DNA of 64,000 bases from Tubiluchus corallicola (GCA_030141605.1 JAQGDQ010000559.1:1-64000); one strand, 5' to 3'. Counted from the stretch's first letter, positions 23,001 through 58,820 are shown. A program made the numbers and translations. The notes: generated by a model from the sequence alone, not told the origin.

Positions 23001-25795
23001 AACAATGTAGAACCCCCCTACTGTACATTCTATTTCTTACCATCTACAATCTTATATCAAAATCAAAATTTTGTACGTACGCCTCGGAAGAAAAATCCAT
23101 TTCGCTGTACATCTCCATCGTCTGAGGTGTAAGTCTGTAGGCTTTCACTGACAGAAATCCCTTTGTTGTTCGTAAAGGATCTGAAATACAAACGTAAACT
23201 GTAACCAATACTTATGTACATGCGAATCATTACGTACTAATGTATACGTGAATTTAGTATCGGAGTGATACAGTCATATTTAGAACGCATTATGTATTTT
23301 ATACTGCCTAAATTTACCTGCCGTAGTTAATACTACGACATAATTAATTTACACATACCATAGACTGAGACGACAGATGATGACATAGTTAATTCATACA
23401 TATCGTAGACTAACACGACAGACTATGACATATTTAATTCATACATACCGTAGACTAAGACGACGGATTCTTCTATAGAGTGCTGATACTGAAACTGTGA
23501 GTCCAGCAAAGCTTTGTTAATGAACCCGCCAAAGAACGTGCTCTGGTACCAACCCACGTGAAGATGATCAATGTTCACGTAGCGCAGATGCCTCATCATT
23601 TCCATTTGATACTGAACTAAAATCAAACAATTGAGAAATCCAAGTAACACTGACAATTAAGAATTAAATTTGTGTTACAATGAATTGATATTTAGTCAAG
23701 CTTTCTGAATTAGTGATAACTAGCAAAATATCTCCATCTAGACGTGACAACACACAACTTACAATATTGTTTACAATGTAATTTTTTATTCCGGTTATTT
23801 TTCCCCTGCATGACATATAAAAAATAAAACTTCTGTATGCCTGTGCATGAAAATTAACGCCCAATTTAATATACTTCAATTTACCAATATATAGATAAAG
23901 CTGATTCTCAGTTCTATTATTTACATGATAATTCATTTTTGACTGTCTAAGAATTATGCTTGTCTTATGAAGTATATGTCAGTTGTTGTTGTTCTTATGT
24001 TTCCGTTGTCAGATTTTTATTTTCAGTTCTTGTTTTATTTTTTATTATTATTACTTATTATTACTGGGTATGAATTGTATTAGCAAGTTATAAGCATATC
24101 AATTTATTATTGTTCGTAACAGTTAAATCTTCATTATAAGCAGTACTAACACTAGCACACTGTAGCATAGCGCTTATAAAAATGTTCATGACTAACTAAA
24201 GGGCAGCGGACTAGATGACCAATTGGTCTTTCGCTGACCTTTCTTCACATTTTTGTTTCAAAATTAATTGTATTATAACTGTATGTGTATTGCAAGATAA
24301 ATAGAAAAGATTATTATGATTTATTATATAGATTATCTAAACTTTTGCATTTTTTGCAAATCATTCAAAGCATCATCATCATCATCATCATCTCTGGAGT
24401 TACACGTCCTCTGACATGACCCTTGCTATCACTTGCCCTTTTCACCTGTATTTTTGATATATAATGGTGTGCCAATAAAATACCTTCGTCAAAGTCTGGG
24501 TCAGCATTTTGTGGAAATGGAAAACAGTTGGTTATTTCAAGTCTGCCATCAATAAGAAGGCCCAGAAGTACACCTTGAGCAAGTTCAGAGCCGACTTCCT
24601 CACAATGTTTTATCAATTTCAGAACAACCTGCAAAATAAATTTTTCACACTAAAGTAGAAAGGCGCTATTACACTTTCGCACCGCCTAGCTTTTCCTGGC
24701 CTATTGGTTCTTTTCATGCCTGCAGGCCAGAAAGCAGACCAACAGGCGTAATATACACCATATTCCCATAATATTATTGCTTTTTAAGCTTTATAATTCC
24801 AGATTAAAATCATGCATTACTTACCGCCAGCATTACGCAAAAAGTTCCACGTGCGTAACTGTGTTTACACCACTAATGCGCAATCGCTCTCGCGCAGGGA
24901 CGATGTGGCCCTTAACATGTATTTTTAGTTTCTTCGCATAATTTATGATTATTAGGGTTGCAGCCACGAGAGTTTGTATCGCATCGCGGTAAATTATTTT
25001 AGACCACTGCAGTTATTTATCATTAATTTTATTTATTACTGTAGTATTATTACTATTAGATTATAAAAAAAGTAAAGGTTTTTTCTTTATTTCGTAAATG
25101 CGGTGAAGATGAAAGTGTGTCACGTGCTTTTAAGCTAGGCCATGATAATGCATAAACTAGTACGAAATTCGTCACGTGACTACACACACAAACAAGATGG
25201 CGATACGCCCTGTATAGGTGTAGAACTGTGAATACAGCGTAATTATTGGTAATTATACCTAAATATATGATTAACTTATAATTAGATTAGCGGAAACATT
25301 CACTGATGACGTAAGAATAATAGAATGATGACGTACGAGCCTAAAAACGAGTAATAACCTAGAAAAAGCTAGGCGGTGCGAAAGTGTAATAGCGCCAAGT
25401 AGAAATTGTCGAAATCAAATATAAAATACACTTGATACAAAACCCAATTTCAAGACAAGTGCTAATGACATTTCTGCTGCAACACATGAAGACATTATCA
25501 ATTCAAATCATTTATTTTTCATCCCAATAACAATACAAAGAAAAATAGGTATAAATAAAAAGAAAAGCCAAACAAATGGGAAGGGATGGCGAAAAACATT
25601 ACTTCGAATCAGCCACCCCAAAATGTCCTGTTTTTGTTATTAGCAGTTATCACAATGGCGACATCTTATAATAGTGTGCCTAGTAGGTTAATTAACACCT
25701 CTAATTAAGCATTAGCAACTTACCAAACCGTCTAGTTGAACATACTGTACAGGACTTTCTGATTCTGTATTTTGCCTACTTCCACGTGACGCCAT
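18917..25795 (-). CDS. EIF3H: Eukaryotic translation initiation factor 3 subunit H (MPN domain), 8 exons, 332 aa
   Basis: Exons (minus) 25795-25724, 24628-24484, 23616-23449, 23180-23081, 21888-21739, 21305-21170, 20245-20128, 19026-18917; total 999 nt, phases consistent. Protein: [15 protein letters not shown]...QGVLLGL...[10 protein letters not shown]...[25 protein letters not shown]...[15 protein letters not shown]...[20 protein letters not shown]. Confidence 0.94.
19161..19966. mobile_element. hAT-like MITE (CAGGGTTCCCAC ends) with a nested Tc1/mariner-type MITE at 19556-19890
   Basis: Outer ends CAGGGTTCCCAC / GTGGGAACTCTG; inner TA|CAGTCAACCCTCGTTAA...TTAACGAGGGTCGACTG|TA. An outer-element sibling without the insert lies at ~28650-29050. 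Confidence 0.7.
20025..20416. repeat. Microsatellites flanking EIF3H exon 7: (TAA)n at ~20025-20110 and (TTACA)n at ~20297-20416
   Basis: Seen directly in the sequence. Confidence 0.9.
22021..22502. mobile_element. hAT (Charlie-like) MITE, copy 2
   Basis: CAGGGGTGTGCAAAT termini; TSD GTGTAACC/ATGTAACC (7 of 8 match). Confidence 0.85.
24662..25396. mobile_element. Mutator(MULE)-type MITE in EIF3H intron 1
   Basis: ~33-bp perfect TIR GGCGCTATTACACTTTCGCACCGCCTAGCTTTT and perfect 9-bp TSD AAGTAGAAA. Confidence 0.88.
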
Positions 25796-26096
25796 GTTTC
25801 TTAAGAATTAGTTTTAAAGGATAGTTGGGAGGTTAAACGCATGGAAAGTTAAATTATGTTGTCAAAAATTAACCAAAATATTTTGCAATTAGTTTTGCCC
25901 AAAAATCGGTTACTAATTGAGTAAAACATCTGCATTAACATGTTGCAAACATATTTTTAATTTCTTTAATTATGGACAGAAAATGCCCAGCTGTCGGTTC
26001 TCAGCAATCTGTCATGGCGCGGCGCTGCATAAATTGTTCAATTATTCCTTTCATTCATTGTTAAATAACTTTTTACCAAAGAATTTGTTACTCCAG
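25796..26096. promoter_or_regulatory. Putative bidirectional promoter between EIF3H and UTP23
   Basis: Only 301 bp separate the two divergent ATGs; no repeat recognised inside; YY1-like CATGGCG near 26013. Confidence 0.6.
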
Positions 26097-29000
26097 ATGA
26101 AGCTTAAAAGGCATAAGCATGTTAGACGTGTATTAGGTTTCTATAAGTCAAACTATGGATTTAAAGAACCGTATCAGGTTTGCTCACTGACCTTGTACTG
26201 TACAAAATTTACTAATCATTCACTCTTGCGTAGCCTCGAATTCAAATAGAAACCTCCGTTTCTTTTATACGCTACGCAATTCATTTGCAACAGTATGTAG
26301 CAAAGTTCTTATTGACGTAACTAATAAACGTAATTAGCAGGAAAGCCCGTTAAGAAGCAGCTATGTAATGGCACAGTTTCGTCTCATATTTTGGGTGCTG
26401 GCTTTTGTGCGATGTCTGAACTCCATCGTGATCAGACTTTTTCTGCACTTTTCATTTGTTTGATGTAGTGTATTTATATTAATTTACTATATTAGGTAGA
26501 CCCCAATTTAATATGATTAATAATATTATAATTTGTTGGGTTTCTATGAGTTTACTCGCTTAACCCCTAATCATGACAATATAACACTGTTTATTGAACC
26601 CCGTAAACAATTTAACATTCTTAAATCAGGGACATAATATTATGCAGTAGTCGCCACTTAATAGACTCACGGTTAATAGACTGAATTGCTTGATTGGCTC
26701 AAAAACGCCTGGAACGGGCCACTTCTGTTCAAATGTACATAAAAACTATCGGTAATTGACTCAAATAACTTCACTTAATTGCCTCAATATTTTTCGTTCA
26801 CGTACTTAAAATAAGACATTTGTATGTGCCCAAACAGGCTTTCCTACTTTTATGTCATCTTTACTTCCCTTTTGTGCACTATGTATGTAGAAACAATCAT
26901 GTTAAGTACCGTTTTGTTTGTAAACAGGTGCATTTAGGCTAGCACAGCGGTGTTGCTTTGAATCTGCTACCCGCTCACCCACTGTTACCCAAAGAGTATA
27001 GTGAGCTGATGACTCATACCTCCAATACTACACCCATCGGTTAATAGGTTCAATCGGTTAATTGGGTCAAAACACTTCGGTCCCAAAGTGAGTCTTTTAA
27101 GTGACGACTATTGTGTTGGTAAGAAGGAGAAGGCAAAATTTTATATTATAAGCTCCCGCCTCTTTAAGAAGTTGACATTGATGTTATAATCTGCCAATAT
27201 TAATCTCGTACGTAACGTTCTGTGTTGTGAATGCATCTTTCCTCTAAAGTTATTATTTTTAAACATAATTGGCTTGTCAATTGACTGAAATACCATACCT
27301 CTTTCAGGGATGAGAATTTTCCGCGGATACGCGGAATTCCGAGTTTTTGGAAGACCAGTAGTGCCATTTTTGTAAATCGCGTAAATTCGTTGAGAAAATT
27401 TTTACGGACCCAGTACATTATTTCACAAGCTGACTGCTAGTTGGCAGGCCATCACTTTGTTTACATCACGTACATCAGTGTAACCACGTGTTTATCTCTA
27501 TGTATAAAAATATAGAATCAATTGTGCAGAGTTATTTGAGTCAATTGCAGACAGTTTTTATATACTTTTGCATAGGAGCGGCCAGTACTTAGGCGTTTTT
27601 GAGACAATTAGGTATCACGTATCCTTGATAGTTGGGTATTTTAAATTATGCATGAAACAAGGTAATTGATATTTTAAGTCCACTTAGGCTCTCTATGGTC
27701 ACAAAATTGCAATTTGTTGCTGGCTGCAAGGGGCTCTCGCCCCCTTGGACCCCCATGGAGGCCTACCCGGCCCCCAAACCCTTGGCCTGTTTCAGAGTTT
27801 TTTGCAATTTGTCATTCTCATCCCTGCACTTACATTTCATCTTTTTGCATCAGTCATGAATTAAACGATGATCTTTTGGCGACCTTTGATGACCTCTTCT
27901 GTGACCCAGCATCACCATATTTTGGGAACACTGGCGAATATTATACCAAAAACTATATTTGCTCTAAATACTAATTATGTTTTATGTGTGTAGATATTGC
28001 TTGATGGTACTTTCTGCATGGCAGCTTTACGTGGAAAAGTGAATATTGCTGAACAATTGCCAAAGTATTTAAGTGGTGAAGTAAAGCTGATCTCAACGCC
28101 ATGTGTTCTACACGAAGTGGAAAATTTGGGTATGTTTTAATATTTCTTCCTAGTTTTTTATTCTCCCCTAGCAAAACGGGACCCAAAGTTAAACTGTAGG
28201 TCAAAACAACCTATTCTTTGTATCCAAAGTTACAACTTATTGAAAGAAAATATAGTGTTTTTAACGAATGCCTTACGTGAAAGAATTATTACCACACAAA
28301 CAATTTTCGCATTCGAACCACTGGTTCTTCGTATTTTACCGTTTGCTGGTTAGACGGACACTAGCACCTGCATTTTGAAAAGCGTTGCACAAACAAACTG
28401 GTGCTGTACCTCTCATTTCAAATGTGTTAGTTTCCGATGAACCGGACACGTTCGACAGTTCATGCGTGAGCACAGTGGTAAATTTGAAATTTGAATTTTG
28501 TTTTAAAACTTGCCTTGTTTTAGTGCAACACAGTGAATCACTTACATTAGCACTGCACTTCAATTTACGCTCTCGCAAACACATGCAACATGCTCAAGGA
28601 ATATTTTTGCTGTTAGAAATTGTTAGTTTGTGATGTCATCACTAGATGGACTCATTAGAAGTCCTGGAAAATCCCAGAAAATACAGGCTATCCTGGAAAG
28701 TCATGGAAAAATCAGGGAAAAAGATAGTTTGTTTAAAAGTCGGGAAAACTGCGAAAATTGGGCGAAAAGTCATTGAAATTGGAAAGTGTTGTAAAAATAA
28801 TCACCGTGAACCGATGTTTTTCCAAACATACTTTTCAGCGATTCTGTTCAAATAAAATTTTTTGTGGCAGATTCCCACTTTCAATTTCTGTTTCAAAAAT
28901 AATGAATAGATTAAAAAAGTTTATTGAATGTGATTAGTGTAATTTTGTTAGCGCTACTGCAACTGTGCCAGCACATTGCGTTCTGCTTATCTTGGTCGTA

Positions 29001-30731
29001 GAAAATCAATAATTTGGTCAGGGAAAAGTATTTTAAAATTCTGTGGGACCGCTGACCTGGTTTCGTTTGCTATTCTGCGCCTCTTTTTAGGTTCCGTCGT
29101 CTATGGTGCGTTGGTGATACTTAAGCAGTTCGTTCCTCACCGTTGCAAGCACGTGTCTACGCCTGTCAGCGGATCTGACTGTCTTAAAAGTCTCATTCAT
29201 AAAGGGAATCCCCACAAGTTTTGTATTGCTACACAGGTGAGGGAGGTGTAAAATTGCACCAGCTTTTTAAATCTTAAATCTTTATAGGTGATGGTAATAT
29301 TTGTTGCGTTTTGTTTCTCTCGGAAGGCTCGTAGAGAAAACCAGAAAACACGTCGTCAAATTAAACTAGTTTATTATGCGAGAATTCTACAACACAAAAG
29401 TATGAAGGAACGCGAAGTGTTTACAGCTAATGTGATAATCTGGAAACGAGAAAGCGAGAAAGCGTATCTGAGAATACGAGGATACATGAGAATGTGAGAG
29501 AATAAACTTCAGCGACCAGCTCTGCCTTATATATCAGTGCCAGGGAACAATCTAGAAATAGAAAGTTCTCGAAACTTCTACAAGGTAAGAAGATTGTTCT
29601 ACTATACTATAGAACATTCTGCAACGTTATATTTAATTCTAGTGGATCTCCACAACAATATTCATATACAGAACTATCTTGTGCTTTTTTATTCTGTGCT
29701 GTCCAAGGGCGTGTCAGGACTTTGCGACGTCTTAGGCTGATAGCTCTGTCCTGCTGACCTCTATTGTGAATATATGGTTGTTTGTGTAATTTTGGTGTAT
29801 ATTATGAATTATCCTGTACATACAGTCTAGCCTCGTTATCTCGCCCTCGTTATGCCGCCAAACTCGTCTCTCGCCATAGAAAGTACCAGGACGGATTTCC
29901 TGCTTTGATATTTACCTCGTTAAGTCGCCACCCTCGCCACGTCATGCTAGGATGAGTGCTTATGTAAACTATATTCGTTATGTCGCCAAACAGACAAACT
30001 CAGAGGTGAATCGATCAATACATATACCGCGTGTCGATCAATATAACCGCGGTATGTAGACAATGCTGCTGTACTCGATAGACAGACATAAGTAATCTAG
30101 TGTGTGCCTCACCAGGATTAAATTAGGAGTGCTGTGGTTGGTTAATGCGTAGAGAAACTAAAGCGTCACCGATATCCTTACTCTATATACATATAGACTA
30201 ACTTCGTTATATTCCCGTTATCTCGCCATACTCGCCTCTCGCCAAAAATTTGCCCTAGACGGACAGTGGCGAGATAACGAGACTAGACTGTATATTTTTG
30301 CAATCACTGTACTGCTTATAAGCCAGTATATTTTACAAACTGTTCCGTTCCTATTACAGGACAAGCTTCTTACAGAAAGAATACACAAGGAACCCGGCAT
30401 ACCAATTCTTTTTCTATACATGAACACTATTTGTCTGGAGAAGCCGTCTGACGTTACCGTGAAGCACGCTAACAAGGCTGCGATGAAGACGGTGGCACCG
30501 TCTAGGGAGCAGAAACACGTAATCAAGTCCCTGAAGGAATCATCGGGCCTGTTGGGTGTCGCTGTGGCAGCGAAACGAAAACGCAAAGGACCCAAAGGCC
30601 CAAATCCAATGTCGTGTAAAAAAGCAAAGCAAAAGAAACCAGTACAAAACGGTGCAGCGAAAAAGAAGAAACGACATCGGAAGTATAAATTAAAGAAGAT
30701 TATGTGCGATTCAGCAGCAGGAGTTAGTTGA
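26097..30731 (+). CDS. UTP23: rRNA-processing protein UTP23 (degenerate PIN domain), 4 exons, 244 aa
   Basis: Exons 26097-26177, 27994-28129, 29091-29236, 30360-30731; total 735 nt. Motifs MKLKRHK...FKEPYQILLDGTFC, TPCVL, RCKH...SGSDCL, IATQD, PGIPILF, LEKPS and the C-terminal KGPKGPNPMSCKK basic tail. AATAAA at 30844. Confidence 0.93.
26645..27113. mobile_element. Tc1/mariner-type MITE (CAGTAGTCGCC..TTAATAGACTCAC ends)
   Basis: Inverted ends; reverse-orientation sibling with TA TSD at 49998-50587; fragments at ~260-452 and ~21935-22020. Confidence 0.75.
27305..27826. mobile_element. hAT-like MITE with CAGGGATGAGAAT TIR, complete copy
   Basis: 13-bp inverted ends CAGGGATGAGAAT / ATTCTCATCCCTG; TSD not clearly recovered. 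Confidence 0.8.
29302..29657 (-). mobile_element. Solo LTR (356 bp) in UTP23 intron 3
   Basis: TGTTG...CAACA ends with a perfect 5-bp TSD ATATT (29297-301, 29658-62); TATA-like motif ~29528 and minus-strand AATAAA ~29370. Confidence 0.72.
29823..30290. mobile_element. Tc1/mariner (Tigger/pogo-like) MITE
   Basis: TA|CAGTCTAGCCTCGTTATCTCGCC ... GGCGAGATAACGAGACTAGACTG|TA; inverted partial copy at ~59360-59570. Confidence 0.85.
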
Positions 30732-32147
30732 TGAAGTAATTCGTGTATCATAAGCATCACGTATTGTAGACATTAGCGTGAGAACGAAAGTTTGGCTTAA
30801 AGCACAAGAAAATACCAATTTCAATTCAATAGATTTATTTTGCAATAAACAAAACCTTATGCATTACAAGTACACTAATAATCAATTGTTGTTAATACAA
30901 CAACATTAGGATATAATTCATGAATTCTGCACTAGAGATGTAAGTAGTAATGCTGCGTAAAACTAGTAAATTTAAACTCTTTCGGTGACCTTTAGGCGCA
31001 TCCATTTTAATGGTAAGTCGTTTGAAACAAGTTAGATGACATTGTCTAAATTTTAATAAAGTGATCAGAGCATTTGTAGCGCAAACTTTGCTTCATTTTG
31101 ACGGTGAGGCATTTGAAGCCAGTTTAGATGACATTGTCTAAATTTTAATAAAGTAATTTGTAGCGCACACTTTGCTAACTAAGCAAAATTTAAATTACTT
31201 TATATTGTCAGTACGATGTGTCTTTGGTGAATCAGTGGTGCACATAGGGATAGGCATGGACGCTTTACCAGGTGGCATGAGTATTTTAAATTATCAAGAA
31301 TTTTATAGTTATGCAAGCTTTTCAAACAGGTAACTGTAATGTAATACAATTTTGTATGGAAAGTTCTTTGAGATATACTTTCAAATTCCCTCTTCTTCCC
31401 CACTAAAGTTCTTTGTGCAGTTGTTTATCAGTATTAGTTTTATCGATTTATTTTATGAATATAAGCTGTTATGATCGAAAAAAGCCACTTTTATGAGTAT
31501 TTCAAGAAGCAGCAGAGCATTTTTATATGATTAAAAAAGTAAATATTATTATACAGTCTGGAAATTTGAATCGTACTTATGAAGATTACTGTCTTCAACA
31601 ATGATTTTTATTTTATTTGTCTCATGTAGCGACAATATACAACGAAGTGTCAATAACAATTTAATAGACAAATAGAGAGAGAGAGAGAGCTTAGTTAGAC
31701 GAGAGAGTGAGAGAAAATGGGCAGATGAAGACCATAATAATTATGGTCACCAAGCAGCTACTACTCCTCACTCGTAACTCGTTAGTAACTACTCATTTAG
31801 TTTTATTTCATAATAATTTAACTGCTTTTTATTTTCAATGAACAAAAAAAAATCGACATTCCGCGTTATAGCTTACGAGTTCAAGATTGTGATCATAAAT
31901 TTATACATTAATGCATTTTCGTGCGATAGATGGCAGGATGGTTGGTCTATGATTTACCTTTCGACGCATGGATGGCAGCACAAAAGTTACTCCGTAGTAA
32001 ACCCAAACAAAAACAAAAATGTCGTGATGTGCAATATTTTTGTGAGAATCTCATCTTTATGCTGTTTTCGCGTTTCGCGATGAAGGGTATTTTAAAAGAA
32101 AAACGTTGATGTTTTACGGAGTTTGTCAAATGCCTTAAAACCCGCGA

Positions 32148-55216
<23,069 letters not shown>

Positions 55217-55315
55217 CACGGAGTTTGAGAGGTGTGGCAAAACTGGAATCTAGTGAAACAGTGAAATTGCCACCTCTTGCCAACCGTTTCTTTATAATCA
55301 CTGTCTTGTTTTTCT

Positions 55316-56825
55316 CTGAGTAATGTCTGACATATGTTGGGGCTGAGTAATGTCTGACATATCTTGGGGCTGAGTAATGTCTGACATATCTTGGGGCTGA
55401 GTAATGTCTGACATATCTTGGGCTGAGTAATGTCTGACATATCTTGGGGCTGAGTAATGTCTGACATATGTTGGGGCTGAGTAATGTCTGACATATCTTG
55501 GGCTGAGTAATGTCTGACATATCTTGGGGCTGAGTAATGTCTGACATATCTTGGAGCTGAGTAATATCTGACATATCTTGGAGCAGAGTAACGTCTGACA
55601 TATCTTGGGGCTGAGTAATGTCTGACATATCTTGGAGCTGAGTAATGTCTGACATATCTTGGGGCTGAGTAATGTCTGACATATCTTGGAGCTGAGTAAT
55701 GTCTGACATATCTTGGAGCAGAGTAACGTCTGACATATCTTGGGGCTGAGTAACGTCTGACATATCTTGGAGCTGAGTAATGTCTGACATATGTTGGAGC
55801 TGAGTAATGTCTGACATATCTTGGGGCTGAGTAATGTCTGACATATCTTGGGGCTGAGTAATGTCTGACATATCTTGGGGCTGAGTAATGTCTGACATAT
55901 CTTGGAGCAGAGTAACGTCTGACATATCTTGGGGCTGAGTAATGTCTGACATATCTTGGAGCTGAGTAATGTCTGACATATCTTGGAGCTGAGTAATGTC
56001 TGGCATATCTTGGAGCTGAGTAATGTCTGACATATCTTGGGGCTGAGTAATGTCTGGCATATCTTGGAGCTGAGTAATGTCTGACATATCTTGGGGCTGA
56101 GTAATGTCTGACATATGTTGGGGCCGAGTAATGTCTGACATATCTTGGGGCCGAGTAATGTCTGACATATCTTGGGGCCGAGTAATGTCTGACATATCTT
56201 GGGGCCGAGTAATGTCTGACATATCTTGGGGCCGAGTAATGTCTGACATATGTTGGGGCCGAGTAATGTCTGACATTTCTTGGGGCCGAGTAATGTCTGA
56301 CATGTCTTGGGGCCGAGTAATGTCTGACATGTCTTGGGGCCGAGTAATGTCTGACATGTCTTGGGGCCGAGTAATGTCTGACATATCTTGGGGCCGAGTA
56401 ATGTCTGACATATCTTGGGGCCGAGTAATGTCTGACATGTCTTGGGGCCGAGTAATGTCTGACATATCTTGGGGCCGAGTAATGTCTGACATATCTTGGG
56501 ACCGAGTAATGTCTGACATGTCTTGGGGCTGAGTAATGTCTGACATATCTTGGGGCTGAGTAATGTCTGACATATCTTGGGACCGAGTAATGTCTGACAT
56601 GTCTTGGGACCGAGTAATGTCTGACCTATCTTGGGCCGAGTAATGTCTGACATATCTTGGGGCTGAGTAATGTCTGACATATCTTGGGGCTGAGTAATGT
56701 CTGACATATCTTGGGGCTGAGTAATGTCTGACATATGTTGGGGCCGAGTAATGTCTGACATTTCTTGGGGCTGAGTAATGTCTGACATGTCTTGGGGCTG
56801 AGTAATGTCTGACATATCTTGGGGC
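55316..56825. repeat. 27-bp minisatellite, ~56 copies, 100 bp downstream of the ferroportin stop
   Basis: Unit CTGAGTAATGTCTGACATATCTTGGGG. Confidence 0.96.
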
Positions 56826-56980
56826 TAGTTGTAACGCTATTGCTCAACATAGCCATTTTATACATGCTGATACATTACCACATTTGCGATTCTCATGATT
56901 CCAGTCACTAATCCATCACGTATCATCAGTTACCAGTAATTTTGATCAACATTTGTTTATCGGATCTCTACGTGCAATAA

Positions 56981-57506
56981 ACTCATATCTCGGTTTACCG
57001 GACAAAAGCGGGGAGGTCCCAATTTGCCGATTGTTCATATTTACCGATTCCAAGCTAATGCAGTAGGCGCCGTGTATTAGATTCACAGTAATGTAGAATC
57101 AATCGCCTAATTGTATCAAAAATATCTAGTACGGGCCGCTCCTATGCAAAAGTATATAAGAACTGTCGGCAATTGACTCAATTAACTCCATATAATTGAC
57201 TCTATGTTTTTTTCTGTGCATGCTTAAATAAGATACTTTTGTGTGACCAATGAGCTTTTACTATTTTTATGTCGTCTTACTTTGCTTTAGTGCAATATAA
57301 TATACATAGGACCATTCACGTTAAGTACAGTCATTACACGCTGCTTGGTTATACTGATGTAAACAAAGTGATGGCCCCCCAACTAGCGGTCAGCTCGCGA
57401 AACATCGGACCGTGTCCGTAGAAATGCGGGTCTTTTTAACGGTTCAGTTTTTGTCGGATTATTCGTTATCCGTAAAAGCGAGGTCCGGCAAACCGAGATA
57501 TGAGTG
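56981..57506. mobile_element. MITE family A, unexpanded copy (reverse orientation)
   Basis: ACTCATATCTCGGTTTACCGGAC ... GTCCGGCAAACCGAGATATGAGT. Confidence 0.85.
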
Positions 57507-57538
57507 CACATTGGATAACTTTCTTCATGTTTGTGTCC

Positions 57539-57802
57539 TCGAAGCCATTTAAATGTTGTCGTCAAAGCCATTTAAATGTCGTCGAAGCCATTTAAATGTT
57601 GTCGTCGAAGCCATTTAAATGTTGTCGTCGAAGCCATTTAAATGTTGTTGTCGAAGCCATTTAAGTGTTGTCGTCGAAGCCATTTAAATGTTGTCGTCGA
57701 TGCCATTTAAATGTTGTCGTCGAAGCCATTTAAATGTTGTCGTCGAAGCCATTTAAATGTTGTCGTCGAAGCCATTTAAATGTTGTCGTCATTGCCATTT
57801 AA
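57539..57802. repeat. 23-bp minisatellite, ~11 copies
   Basis: Unit GTCGTCGAAGCCATTTAAATGTT. Confidence 0.93.
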
Positions 57803-58253
57803 ACGTGTACATAGGTTTCATTCTACAAATATTTGAACAGTGTTTACACGCACGTGTGCATATATTCTTGGATGTGTTGGTGGAGGTGTGTGTGTGTGCG
57901 CATGCACGCGCGTGAGTGTGTGTGTGTGTGTGTGCGTATAGGGAAATATCAAATAATAGAAATTGTGAATTTTTTGTCAGTGATGCACCATTGTGGCATT
58001 TAGATGCACATATTTCTTGTTTGTTGTTGTTATTGCGGTTTTGTTGACCCACCTATTGTTGACGTTGTTACCATAGCGACGGTAATCGATCGTAGTATCC
58101 ATTACATAACTCGTGCAATGGATATCTTTAATTCTAGAGACGTTTCATATGTGTTTTACCGTTTTACACGTCTGAGCTTGCGCACGCCCGACAGACAACA
58201 TTCGCTGTTGACAAGTGCATTTTGAGACCAATGTGGTGCCTTCTTTTGCGCTA

Positions 58254-58727
58254 AGTATGAAACTGTGGCGAGCGACCCTGACAAACTCTCGATTCCAGTA
58301 TGAAACTGTGGTGAGCAACCCTGCCAAACGCTCGATTCCAGTATGAAACTGTGGCGAGCGACCCTGACAAACGCTCGATTCCAGTATGAAACTGTGGTGA
58401 GCGACCCTGACAAACGCTCGATTCCAGTATGAAACTGTGGCGAGCGACCCTGACAAACGCTCGATTCCAGTATGAAACTGTGGCGAGCGACTCTGACAAA
58501 CGCTCGATTCCAGTATGAAACTGTGGCGAGCGACCCTGACAAACGCTCGATTCCAGTATGAAACTGTGGCGAGCGACCCTGACAAACGCTCGATTCCAGT
58601 ATGAAACTGTGGCGAGCGACCCTGACAAACGCTCGATTCCAGTATGAAACTGTGGCGAGCGACCCTGACAAACGCTCGATTCCAGTAGGAAACCATGGCG
58701 AGCGACCCTGACAAACGCCCGATTCCA
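58254..58727. repeat. 43-bp minisatellite, ~11 copies
   Basis: Unit CCAGTATGAAACTGTGGCGAGCGACCCTGACAAACGCTCGATT. Confidence 0.95.
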
Positions 58728-58820
58728 CCGTTTCATTTAATTATCTGGTTCTTATCTTATATCGGGTGGTGCAGAAAAAATGTGCAGATGTTTAGACTAC
58801 AATAATATTTGAGGCAAATG

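Noticed and set aside
31600-32147. Iron-responsive element upstream of ferroportin
   Set aside because: No CAGTGN loop with C-bulged stem seen in ~550 nt before the predicted ATG; an unrecognised upstream non-coding exon cannot be excluded.
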